Source: Girardia tigrina (Eukaryota). From it: a stretch of 55,233 nucleotides of DNA. Positions 1-10,599 of the stretch are shown piece by piece. Numbering within the stretch: position 1 is the first letter of the stretch; the number at the start of each line of letters is the position of its first letter. The stretch covers positions 1-55,233 of the forward strand of contig MQRK01233649.1 of assembly GCA_001938485.1 (NCBI GenBank). Reading direction: 5' to 3'. Both the position numbers and the translations under genes were made by a program. The notes beneath the pieces are model-generated. The model was not told where the DNA came from. It ran no database searches and saw only the letters and a program-made list of their open reading frames with translations.

Positions 1-468
1 TTTGGTGGTCCGTATTTCCAAATCCATTTGTCTAGTAAGACCTTTCGCATGGTTCTCTCGTCTTGATGAGCTACTGCGTTCAAACTGATGTATCTGCTAA
101 ATTGATCGATTATCGCTAGCATGTATTGACATCCATTAATATTTCTTTTAAAAGGTCCGCAGAAATCCATATATATTTTTTCGAATGGTTCATCAGCAGA
201 TTGTTTAATATGTTTCTCTTTTGTTTTTGTTGTTAAGGTNNNNNNNNNNNNNNNNNNNNNNNAACTTTGCACAATTTCTTTTACCGTTTTTCTCATATCT
301 TCCATATCGAAATCATCCTTCAAATAATTATAAACCTTCTTGCTACCAGCGTGACACAGCATCTTGTGTATTTCTTCCACGAATTCAGTCCTTTTACCTT
401 TTGGAATCCAGTATTTGTTATCCATTGTCGTCACGACATCATCTTTCAGTAACCATTTCTTTGTTTTC
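1..468 (-). pseudogene. Gypsy integrase, zinc-binding domain and start of the DDE core (partial)
   Basis: Minus-strand translation gives KWLLKDDVVTTMDNKYWIPKGKRTEFVEEIHKMLCHAGSKKV...PFEKIYMDFCGP...YMLAIIDQFSRYI...KWIWKYGPPK. It rejoins 1452 in frame (IKTG|KTKKWLL) once the 474-1451 insert is removed. Confidence 0.9.
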
Positions 469-882
469 CCAGTTGGTTGGGAATCCGTGTCTCCACGTTG
501 TTATTTTGTAGAGAGAACTGTTTTTCAACAATATCATCATTAAATTCAGCGAATCCAGCGCGCCTCCTTCAGCATTTTTGGTTTGACAAAGATTTAGTGT
601 TAAATTTTTAATATCATTTTGAATATTTGTCAACTCATTAATTCGTTCCTGATAATTGATCAAATCGCTTTGTAAATTTTCTATAACAACTTTATTAGCT
701 ATGTTAAAGTGGGTTTCAGATCGCTTTATTGAATTGTTTTCAGTNNTATTAAAAGTTAGCAGTTCCTCATTTATCTGTTGATTTATGTGATTTAGTTTTG
801 ATAGTTCTTCATCTTTGATACCGATCATTTGACGAATTTCATTTAAAAACACATTTTCTTTTAATCCAAATTGAAAAGACAT
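439..882 (-). CDS. Coiled-coil hypothetical protein that starts inside the 474-1451 insertion and runs off its end
   Basis: 147-aa ORF with a heptad-like L/I/N/E/Q pattern; no stop codon before the element boundary at 474. Confidence 0.4.
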   Translation of the reverse strand: MSFQFGLKENVFLNEIRQMIGIKDEELSKLNHINQQINEELLTFNXTENNSIKRSETHFNIANKVVIENLQSDLINYQERINELTNIQNDIKNLTLNLCQTKNAEGGALDSLNLMMILLKNSSLYKITTWRHGFPTNWENKEMVTER

Positions 883-1451
883 TTTTATTGAACACGTTTT
901 TATTTTTTTTTAAATTGGAATTGTGATTGAATTTCACAATTAAACACAAACCGACACACACTCAATTTTTCAATCCAATCAGTTACATTTCATTAACACA
1001 CAAACACATGCATGCAGACATATTCACAATCATACACAGAAAGAGACTCACCATCTGTCTGGAGAAATCACATCTTTGATTGCACACTCATTCAGCAATC
1101 GATCGACTATCACATACACAATTGTATAATGAGTGTCACTGCCGTGCTACGACATTCGCTGTCTGATCACTGGTGTAGGAGCACAATCATACAAGATTTA
1201 GTCACCGAATAAAATTTTAACCATTTATTTAATTTATTTATTTTGATTTTCTATTAATTTAATTTAATGAAATTTATTTATTTAATTTATTTACTTTCTT
1301 TAATTATTTTAATTCTTTAATTTAATTAATTATTTAATTTATTTATATATTTTTTTTATTTAATTTAATTTATTTTAATTATATATTTTTATTTATATAT
1401 TGAAAACTGGCAAAATAAATGTTCGGTCAAAATTGGCAATTCTCCGCTCCA
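474..1451 (-). mobile_element. TG..CA insertion of about 978 bp with a 5-bp TSD (solo-LTR-like) inside Gypsy pol
   Basis: CCAGT at 469-473 and 1452-1456; termini TGGTTGGG...CCGCTCCA; removal restores the pol frame. A similar terminus occurs at about 30773. Confidence 0.8.
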
Positions 1452-2032
1452 CCAGTTTTTATATCTGATCTAATTTGTTTTATCTCGTCATTATCTTTCT
1501 GCCATTTGAATCCTTTGGATTCATCGTCTAACGCTAAGATTCTTGTTTTAACTTTACCCTTCTTAGCTTCATCATGCATAGTTTGACATTGTACACACAT
1601 TTCACAGGAATTTCTCGACATTGCATCGGCGTTAGAGTGTTTTTCACCTTTCCGGTATTCCATTGTCATATCCAATCCACTTAGAAAATTTATCCAAGTT
1701 TGAAATTGCGGAGTGATTGGGTTCTTTGTCGTCATCATAAAGGTAAGGGCTTTATGATCCGTTCTTAATAGAAATTTCTTGCCGTACAAATAGTGCTTGA
1801 AGTGTTATGTAAAATAGTAGATTGCCAGCAGTTCTTTTCTCATAATACAGTATCCCAATTCATGTTTGTTCATTTTGTGAGATCCATATGTAATCACTCT
1901 TTCTCTTCCATATATATCTTTCTGTGATAGCACCGCGCCAATGGTGTCAAAACTAGCGTCAGTGTCCAATATGAATTCTTTTCCGAAACCTGGGTATGCT
2001 AGCTAGTATTGGTGTATTGATCATCTTTTCCT
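1452..2032 (-). pseudogene. Gypsy RNase H and linker (frameshifted)
   Basis: EFILDTDASFDTIGAVLSQ, YCIMRKELLAIYYF, YGKKFLLRTDHKAL, EYRKGEKHSNADAMSR. Confidence 0.9.
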
Positions 2033-2900
2033 TTAATTTTTGAAACGCTTCATTGCATTCTTCCGTCCATATAAGCTTTTTTTCTTCATTCTTTCCGCAA
2101 AGTCCTTCCAATACTTTTGAATACTTTGCATAATCTTTTTTAAGAATTTCCTGTAATAGTTCGTTAAATCATAAAAGCTTCTCAAATGTTTTACACATGA
2201 AGGATTCTGAAACTTGCTAATCGCATCAATCTTTGTCTGATCTGTTTCTATGCCATCTCTACTGATCACATATCCCAAAAACTTTGTCTTTTCCACCAAA
2301 AAGTGATATTTATTTGGATTAATTCTCAGACCCGATTGCTTTATTTTACTAAATACGTGTTCAATTCGTTTGATGTGTTCTTCCTTGTCTTTTGCGAAAA
2401 TTAAAATATCGTCTAAATACACAACTGCCTCTTTCCAATTTAATTCACCCAAAACTCTTACCATCAGTTCTTGAAACGTTGCTGGTGCCACCGCAATTCT
2501 AAATGGCATTCTCTTGAAACAGTATTGGCCATCCTTTGTTGAAAATGCTGTTTTGACTTTTGATTCATCTTCAAGTTCCACTTGATGGTATGCGTTTCCT
2601 AAATCGATTGTGCTAAAATACTTTGCACCATTTAGTGTATTCAACATTTCCTCAATATTCGGCATTGGGAATGTCGGTCTAACGGTGATTTTATTCAATT
2701 GTCGAAAATCTACACACACTCGAATGTCCTGTTTCTCCTTTTCCAAACATAAATTAAAGGGAAATTCCACGGTGAACTGCATTTCTCTATAATATCGTTT
2801 TCTTCATAATTTCGAATAATATCGTCTAGTTTTTCCTTGAAATGTTTTGGTTGTCGATATGGTTTCACTAAAACCTTTTCTCCATGCGTTTCGATCTTGT
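2033..2900 (-). pseudogene. Gypsy reverse transcriptase (frameshifted)
   Basis: RVCVDFRQLNKIT, FSTIDLGNAYHQV, KTAFST, MPFRIAVAPATFQ, VVYLDDILIF, KFLGYVIS. Confidence 0.95.
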
Positions 2901-2906
2901 GTTTGT

Positions 2907-3670
2907 TCAGTGACGTCCTTCAATATCCCATTTGTCGGCCATAAATATTGATTTAAATTGTGTTAAAAGTTCCATTAGTTGGTTGTCAATTTTGTTTTCA
3001 AACAGCTCTTTTATTCTCCTCAATCTATCCTCGTCTGATGGATTGTCTCGTATTACCAGTAACTCATCAGTATTTGATGGTTCTCTCTTTAACTTAATCC
3101 TGAATTTGTCCAAGAAATCTATTCCTGCAATCATTTCTGAATCTAAATCTTTGACCACAAAGAAATCCACTGTTTTCTGCATTCTTTCAATTATCACTTT
3201 AAGTTGAACAATACCATAGTTTATAAGTTCTGAATCATTCGCACAATGTATTCGTCTTTTAGTTTCTTTGATCTTGACATCTTTCATATCTTTAATTACT
3301 TCTGTTTTAATAACGTTGACTCGAGCTCCTGTATCTAGCAGGCAATTGATATTTTTATTCTTTATTCGGAACTCTATACTTGGTCACCTTTCAATTCTTT
3401 ATAATTTATGTTAAACTTCGGTAATATCAAAACATCTTCAGCATTCTTTTTAATTTTTTTCTCATTTTCTATATCCATATTAGCACATATTTCATCGTGT
3501 CCTTCAGGTTCATTATCTAATCTGCACATCTCCAGAGGAATATTTTCAAACACATCATCAAACATACAATCACAAACACATTCATACATACAATCAATCA
3601 TACACCTACATTGAGTTCCTATTGTAGCACACTGATCACATCTCCCTGTGATCGTGCGTCCTCGTTTCCC
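2907..3670 (-). pseudogene. Gypsy pol N-terminus and aspartic protease
   Basis: IEFRIKNKNINCLLDTGARVNVI (about 3310-3375) and MIAGIDFL; a Cys-rich leader follows the frameshift site. Confidence 0.85.
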
Positions 3671-4785
3671 TGATCATTTCTGAATTTTCTGTTACCAACG
3701 TGAGATTCCAGTCTTTTTTCATCTTCTCTTCTATACGTTCCTTCAGAATAGTCCCCTTTTCTAGAGTCTTCTCTTATGTACAATTCATCATCTAGTTCGT
3801 CCACTTCTGCTACTGGATATTTCCTATTCATGTATGTTGGCCGTTCTCTATACCGTTGATTTGAGTAATTTTGCAAGTTATTCCATTGATTATTTCCATT
3901 ATTCCTTTTCCATTGATCACGCACCCTAAATCTATTAGGGTTTTCATAACACTGTGTTCTTAAATGCCCTTTTCTATTATAATGACTACACTTCACATTA
4001 TGGCACTCTCTTCTAACATGTCCTTCTTCGTGGCATGCCCAACAGGTAATTTTTCGAACTTTAAAATTTCTTCTTGTTTCTTGTTCTATGAATTTCTCGT
4101 TCTGTTGCCTTGGTGTTCTTTTTTTATTTTCTACTGTTCTCCATTCATTTTCTCTTTTTGTGTTATATACCGCTACAGGAGCATTTCTTTTCTTTTTATC
4201 AAATTTTAACATTCTCGTTTGAATATCTTCAATCTCTTCAGATTTCTTGACATCTCTAACAGCTATTTCTTTCTGTACGTTTTCGTCATCTATCAGATTA
4301 GCGTAAACTAAATTTGATATTTCCTTTTTACCCAACTTTTTCTCAATTAACTTTTCAATGATTTCATCAGCCTTTCTAAATATTATTGTTGGGTCGCTAG
4401 ATCCAATTCTCATTTCTACCAGTTCCTTCATTAGATCCAGGAGAGATTTCTCTTTTGAAAATGCGGATCTTAGTTTCTCTTCACATGTTTCACCTGCCGC
4501 TGCTTCATATTTGATTATGGCATCCGGAGTCATATATGGTGTTGCTAATAAGATTTTCCTCTCCTCTGAACATCCCATTATCTTTGCATACCTGTTAAAG
4601 CTCGTTATGAATGCCTCAACTTTTGTTTCTGATCCATCCAAAATCTTCGGACCTCTGATGTTCGGAATCACGTGGTCGTGTGTCGCCATATTAAGAACAC
4701 CAACATGGGTTTTCAAACTTTTATTCTCATTACAATCAGAATTGTCTTTTGGACAACTCTCAGCAAAACTCTCGTCATTCGACAT
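3619..4785 (-). CDS. gag: Gypsy Gag (388 aa) with two zinc knuckles
   Basis: Intact ORF; CWACHEEGHVRREC and CSHYNRKGHLRTQC (second knuckle has C>Y); lies directly upstream of pol. Confidence 0.9.
   Translation of the reverse strand: MSNDESFAESCPKDNSDCNENKSLKTHVGVLNMATHDHVIPNIRGPKILDGSETKVEAFITSFNRYAKIMGCSEERKILLATPYMTPDAIIKYEAAAGETCEEKLRSAFSKEKSLLDLMKELVEMRIGSSDPTIIFRKADEIIEKLIEKKLGKKEISNLVYANLIDDENVQKEIAVRDVKKSEEIEDIQTRMLKFDKKKRNAPVAVYNTKRENEWRTVENKKRTPRQQNEKFIEQETRRNFKVRKITCWACHEEGHVRRECHNVKCSHYNRKGHLRTQCYENPNRFRVRDQWKRNNGNNQWNNLQNYSNQRYRERPTYMNRKYPVAEVDELDDELYIREDSRKGDYSEGTYRREDEKRLESHVGNRKFRNDQGNEDARSQGDVISVLQ
3627..3670 (-). promoter_or_regulatory. -1 programmed ribosomal frameshift signal (slippery site G GGA AAC plus downstream hairpin)
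   Basis: G-GGA-AAC in the gag frame at 3670-3664, a 6-nt spacer, then the stem GCAC-GATCACA/TGTGATC-A-GTGT. The -1 frame reads through without stops into the MIDCMYEC pol ORF (3601). Confidence 0.8.
4671..4688 (-). promoter_or_regulatory. Primer-binding site (TGGCGACA...)
   Basis: TGGCGAC immediately follows the LTR 3' end, which is defined by the solo-LTR copies. The priming tRNA was not determined. Confidence 0.7.
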
Positions 4786-4946
4786 CGTTCTAAATTGATA
4801 ATTTTTTGTTAATGTTTGTTAATAAAGAATTATTCGAACAAATTTTTCATTATTTTCTGATTTTATTTTTAAAATTCAAATTTTGTAGTTTTAGTATTAA
4901 ATTTTATTTACATATTAATTTTATTTAAAATTTATTTTATGTAAAG

Positions 4947-6964
4947 TGTTGGGTGGGATATTGTTGGTGCTGGATTTTATATTATTATTTAAATTTTATT
5001 AATTTAAATTCATGTGTTTCTTGTTATGCTTTAGCATCTTAGTTTATTTTGACCCAACATATTATTTAGATATGTCTCTCCTCTAAGGGCCTCTAACTCA
5101 CACTTATTAGAGATCCATATCGTAACCCATCAACCCCATCTGGCCCTTTGATCTCGCCAGTGAAGTTGATGAAGTACCTACTGGGGTCCTACATTATATT
5201 TAAATTTATTAGGTCTATGAAAGTTGACTTATGCCACTTCTATTTAATTAACTGATTATCTTATTTTTTCTCAACATGTTTCCTTTTTATATGATTATTA
5301 TATTGCTTATTATGAGTTTATCAATTTCATATTAAAGTTAAAAGAACATGAACAAAACTTTGCATATTAAAGATTTATTAAAAATTGAAATCATCCAATA
5401 AGTCAATTAATCNNNNNNNNNNNNNNNNNNNNNNNNNNNNNNNNNNNNNNNNNNNNNNNNNNNNNNNNNNNNNNNNNNNNNNNNNNNNNNNNNNNNNNNN
5501 NNNNNNNNNNNNNNNNNNNNNNNNNNNNNNNNNNNNNNNNNNNNNNNNNNNNNNNNNNNNNNNNNNNNNNNNNNNNNNNNNNNNNNNNNNNNNNNNNNNN
5601 NNNNNNNNNNNNNNNNNNNNNNNNNNNNNNNNNNNNNNNNTAGCAATGGATTGTTCATTTACATTAAAGCAAGGAGTCTCTTCTAATTCTAAGTCACTTT
5701 GCCGGGTATGTTTCTGCTTCTTTTGGTATGAATCGGGATGGTCTGAACCTTGAATCTCTTTTAATTACATTTCTGCTTGTTGAAATAGTTGCGCCTTTCG
5801 TTTTCTTTGCTGGCGCCTTTTTTTTGTTCGGCTCATTTTGCTGGTCATTGATGCCATCATATCTTCCTTTGTGATAGACGCATGAATTGTAGAAGATGAA
5901 GCAAGGTTTACATCTTTCGCATCCATGGGTTCTTTTGCTGCAATTCTAGAAGCAGTCTCCAAGATCATCGCATGATCTTCTTGGGAAATTTTTTTTATTA
6001 TCTTTTTGTGGTACTCCAACATATTTTGTTGAATCCTCGACTCGGTAATTTCAGCTTGTAAGGCCTTTATTTTTGTTGCGATTACAGATATTTTTCCACC
6101 ATCGGTTTGTGTACGGATAAAGAAACGGAAATTCTTCTGTATTCCTTGAGCTCTGTTGTTTTTTCGGACAACTCTTTTGTATTTCTGTCGATTTCTTCTC
6201 TCCTTTTCTGAAGCTCACGAACAACCCTCTATCTTCTTTTTCATAAATCGGTCGATTCATTACTAAATGAGGATGAGAAGTGGATTCATTGATGTAATAA
6301 AACAAAAAAATAGTTGATGGAGATAAGTAAAGACAAATCCNNNNNNNNNNNNNNNNNNNNNNNNNNNNNNNNNNNNNNNNNNNNNNNNNNNNNNNNNNNN
6401 NNNNNNNNNNNNNNNNNNNNNNNNNNNNNNNNNNNNNNNNNNNNNNNNNNNNNNNNNNNNNNNNNNNNNNNNNNNNNNNNNNNNNNNNNNNNNNNNNNNN
6501 NNNNNNNNNNNNNNNNNNNNNNNNNNNNNNNNNNNNNNNNNNNNNNNNNNNNNNNNNNNNNNNNNNNNNNNNNNNNNNNNNNNNNNNNNNNNNNNNNNNN
6601 NNNNNNNNNNNNNNNNNNNNNNNNNNNNNNNNNNNNNNNNNNNNNNNNNNNNNNNNNNNNNNNNNNNNNNNNNNNNNNNNNNNNNNNNNNNNNNNNNNNN
6701 NNNNNNNNNNNNNNNNNNNNNNNNNNNNNNNNNNNNNNNNNNNNNNNNNNNNNNNNNNNNNNNNNNNNNNNNNNNNNNNNNNNNNNNNNNNNNNNNNNNN
6801 NNNNNNATTAAAAGTTTCTATTTTTTAATTAATTAATTATAAATTATAATATTTTTTATTTTTTGTTTTTTTAGATTTAGGGAGTTTTTCCTTTGCCTGC
6901 CTCGGTGCCGGTGCAATGAATAGGCTCGGGACTGACGCGAAGGAAAAACTTACGGGTCCCAACA
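4947..6964 (-). mobile_element. TGTTGGG..CCCAACA element of about 2 kb with 4-bp TSD (large solo LTR or Ginger-like non-autonomous element), copy 1
   Basis: AAAG TSD at 4943-4946 and 6965-6968; 7-bp terminal inverted repeat; near-identical inverted copy at 45626-47671. Confidence 0.9.
5641..6260 (-). pseudogene. Coiled-coil/basic (NLS-like) protein carried by the 2-kb element, copy 1 (disrupted)
   Basis: MNRPIYEKEDRG...MLEYHKKIIKK...SRTKKRRQQRKRKAQ; its disruptions differ from those in copy 2. Confidence 0.6.
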
Positions 6965-7314
6965 AAAGAAAGAACATTTAATTAATTCAAAACTTAGTTA
7001 AAACTATTTATTTTATTTAAATTTTTATATGAAGATTTGAAAAGATTTAATATTTTTAATGTTTTTTAAATATCTTATGCTGTACTTTTAAATATAAATT
7101 ATACTCGAATAATTATTTATCGTGAACATCTAAAATATCAATTTTCCATCTGGGTGGGAGAAACACATTTCCAAATACTCAACTCAACATACAAAATTTA
7201 AAATATTCCTCACAAATACAACAGCCAAAGACTTGTTGTGTTGGTTCAATTTAACATCAAATTTATATTTTATCGTAAAAATAGATATTTGCCAACTAAT
7301 CCAAATACCTATTT

Positions 7315-7902
7315 TACAGTAACTGTTATTTCCTCTTTACTGCTTTTTAGTAACAATCGATCATTTCTATGCCCCACGTTTTAGGTTAGGTATAAAATTT
7401 CACACATGTCTAGAAAAAAAATTATTTTCCTCTTTTTAGTGCATTGGTAATGCTTGAAAAACGTGGTTGTTTTTATAAAAATTTTTTTATTAATAATATT
7501 ATTTAACTATTTTTATTATTAATAATATTATTTAACTATTTTTAGTTTTCATTTAGGAATTCAAATCTTTCGTTTGATTTCTAATAACAGAAATGATAAT
7601 AAAACCAAAATAACAAAGTTTTATTTTAATAAAAGCAAGTTTTATTTCAAAATAATTTTTAAACCTAATTTTAATACTTCTACACTTAATTATCACTTGG
7701 TTTTCACAATATTTGTTCAATTTATTAATTTTTTCCGTACATTCGTAAAGTAAATGTTTTAAAATATTGTATTGTCATCGGAAGCAAGCCTGTATAAAAA
7801 ATTCAGCTCAATTGGATGACTGAAAGTGGTCGAAAAATCAATCGCAAGATTTGTTCCAGACAGACAGACAGACAAGAAACCAAGCTAAGAAAAACGTGGT
7901 AA
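7315..7902 (-). mobile_element. DINE-1/Helentron-like non-autonomous element
   Basis: Subterminal CCACGTTTT/AAAACGTGG repeats, a (CAGA)n microsatellite and an AAATTCAGCTCAATTGG core; a second copy lies at 30955-31500. Confidence 0.6.
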
Positions 7903-8023
7903 TGATGTACAAAAAAAACAGTAAATTTTATCTTCTGAAACAGATTAAACGAGTCATTTCCTTTTAATGCGTCTTTTATTAATTATCTTTATTAATTATG
8001 TAAAACTTAGCAATCTATTAGAG

Positions 8024-9850
8024 CAGAGGTGCCAAAATGCGGCTCTTTGAGGGGTTTCGTGCAGCTTCTTTTTATATAACGTGAAAATTTTAGAATTTAT
8101 TTTATTCATGCTTTATTATTAATCATGAAAATTAGATATTCATGTAAAAATAATAAATCTTTCTCTAAATAGAAAATACATACTACAATGGCTTATCGTC
8201 ATTCAGGCTATTTTTTTATAATTTAGATGGTGTTTCATTGAAAGAAAATTTAAATTAATATTTAAATTATATCATGTTATTGTTATTTGTTAATTATTTT
8301 CATTCTTTTTTTGATTGAATTTTTTATGCACTATATTAAATAAAAAATATTTTTAAAGTGTAAATTAAATTTTGTAAGTAAAATTTACAAATTATATTTT
8401 TATTTACCAAATTAGATTTACAATTGAAAATAATTTTAATTTGATTTGTTTTATTGTTACAAAAGTATTTTTTTGAATTGATTTAATTGAATATTATTTG
8501 AAATAATGACTTCGCAAAATAGGAAAAAAGTAAATATCAAGAAGAAAATAGATTGTTTCAAGACGAATGGACAGAAAATTTTGCTTTTATTATCAGTAAT
8601 GAAAAGTCTTTGAGTCTTATTTTTAAAACTACAATATAAAATAACAAAGTAAGCAATTTACGTCGACATTACGAAGGAGCTCATCCTCACTTTTCTACTG
8701 AAGACCCTCGCAATTCACATCTAAGAAGTGAGAAACTAAAGGCTTTGCAATCCAATCTAAAAAAGAACATGAATGTTATCTTTTAGTCGGGAAAATGATA
8801 TAGTAAATGAAGCTAGTTTTACGATTACTTAGAATATATCTCTTGTCGAGCGACCCTATACAGAAGGTGCATTTATTAAAACAAATTTGGAAGAAGTAGC
8901 TAAGATTTGAACCCTAGTAATGCAAACTTACAAAAATTAATATCGCAGCTTCCGATGTCACGACAGACTACTCAACGTCATATAACTGCTATTTGTAAAA
9001 ATGTTGAAATTTGTTTGAAGTGTGAAACTAAACAGCATTTAGTTTATCACTCAATGAATCTACAGGCATTACAGGTGTTTCACAATTGGCAATCTTTGTT
9101 CACTATATATGTGCAAACGTATGTGTAAAGGAAGAACTGTTAGACCTAGTAGTTTTTATAGAAACAACTAGCGGTATTGATATTAAAATGCTCTAGATGA
9201 AGTATTAAGCAAATTTAAATTACCACTTAATCAGCTAGTTAGTGTAGCTACTGACGGCGCACCTTCAATGACAAGGAAATATCAAGGTCTCATCGGTCTT
9301 TTAAATAAGGATTCAAAAATTCTTCATTACATTCCTCTTCATTGTATTATTCGCCGTGAACATCTTATAACGAAATACTTTAAAAAAGAAAACGTGTGGA
9401 ATATTGTTTTAATCGTAGTAAATTTTATTTGAACAAATGGTAAAACAAACCGTCAGTTTAAATTGTTTTTAAATGAGTTGCAAGATAATGATGAAACACT
9501 TCAATTTCCATGTGATTTATCTTTATGTTGTATTGTAAGATGGCTATCAACTTACAATTTTATGAGCCGTTTTGTCGAACTAATAAATCCCATAATAATA
9601 TTTACGAAAGAAAAAAAGCATTAACCTCAATTAGAAAATGAAATTTGACTCTGTGACTTGATGTTCCTCACAGACACATTATAATATTTACAAACACATA
9701 ATTTGGTTCTACAGAGAAAGAATAAAAATATTATTGATTTATCGCAAGCTTTATTTAGTTTCGAGTCTAAGCTACAACTTTTTGCGAATAATCTAAAACA
9801 TAAAATACTTAACCATTTCCCATGACTTAAAGAAAACATAAATTATATGA
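8024..9850 (+). mobile_element. hAT transposon of the Buster/Charlie/SPIN (GTF2IRD2-like) group, 3'-truncated
   Basis: Probable 5' TIR CAGAGGTGCC at 8024, followed by a decayed transposase. Confidence 0.85.
8506..9850 (+). pseudogene. hAT (GTF2IRD2/Buster-type) transposase with many stops and frameshifts
   Basis: ENRLFQDEWTENFAF, NLRRHY, SLNESTGITGVSQLAIFV, VSVATDGAPSM, PLHCIIRREHL, VRWLS, DLMFLTD, NHFP. Confidence 0.9.
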
Positions 9851-9852
9851 AG

Positions 9853-10591
9853 GGCAACAACCTGTTTTAAGTGCAATAAACGAGGACACATAGCAAAAGG
9901 CTGTTATAAAAATGCCATCTGTGAGCGGTGCGGCAGAACCGGTCATACTCGAGCAGTTTGTAGATCAAGTGGAAATAATCCAAACCGAAATAATTATCGA
10001 TATACGGAAAATCCTCAAAATTATCCTAGAATGATGTCGCCAAGTGCGAAAGTTAACACAGTACTGACAGTCATATGTTACAGGGAGATACGCGTGAACA
10101 GCATCAAAAAACCTGGGAACATTTTGAAGGAGAATTTAAAAGTATTAGAAGAGGGTGGATTCAAAAACAAATAAATCAAGGAGAAAATGTTCACCAAATC
10201 TATATGCTTACGCAAGATAACGAGGAGAATAACCATTTTCAATCCTTATTTACTTACTTTTCAATCCTTATAGGCGAAACAATATCCGACGATAAAAATG
10301 ATGACAAATGATTCCGACGGAGAATACTATTACGTTGAAAACAAGCATGACGAACAGGAGGAAATAGAGATTGACAATGCTGATAATGAAAGTGAAATCG
10401 AGGAAGATAGCGAATTCGAATATGCACCTGTAGAATCCTGGAAGACGAAAGAACCAATAAAAAACAACGAAAATCAGATAAACGCATTGATAGCTGACAA
10501 ATCGAAAGTATATCTCACAAGTTTCAATCAAACATTTTATCAGATCTTAATTAACAAAAAATGTAATTATAAGAAAAATGAAATATGTTAG
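9853..10591 (+). pseudogene. Gag-like fragment with two CCHC zinc knuckles and an acidic tail
   Basis: TCFKCNKRGHIAKGC..AICERCGRTGHTRAVC at about 9860-9961, followed by fragmented ORFs. Confidence 0.75.
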
Positions 10592-10599
10592 TAAGCTAA

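Larger units (their letters stand above)
1..7214 (-). mobile_element. Ty3/Gypsy LTR retrotransposon, decayed; 3' end lies outside the window; carries two nested insertions
   Basis: Order on the minus strand is LTR, PBS, gag (CCHC), protease (LLDTGARVN), RT (YLDD), RNase H (FILDTDAS), integrase (HxxxxH..C, PFEKIYMDFCGP, WIWKYGPP). This is the Gypsy domain order. Confidence 0.95.
4689..7214 (-). repeat. 5' LTR of the Gypsy element (about 510 bp, split by the 4947-6964 insertion)
   Basis: 4689-4946 plus 6965-7214 match the uninterrupted copy at 37470-37981; ends are TGTGAGGAATA...TGTTCTTAATA. Confidence 0.9.

Noticed and set aside
457-1443. Alternative TTCT TSD for the first insertion
   Set aside because: The CCAGT TSD gives TG..CA ends and matches the related terminus at 30773, so it was preferred.
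4358-4798. Antisense ORFs over gag, pol and pPolB (e.g. 2932-3207, 43551-43859)
   Set aside because: They are shadow frames of real coding sequence on the opposite strand.
6882-6951. Terminal stem-loop considered as a twister or hammerhead ribozyme
   Set aside because: Conserved catalytic core nucleotides and pseudoknots could not be matched; kept only as a hairpin.
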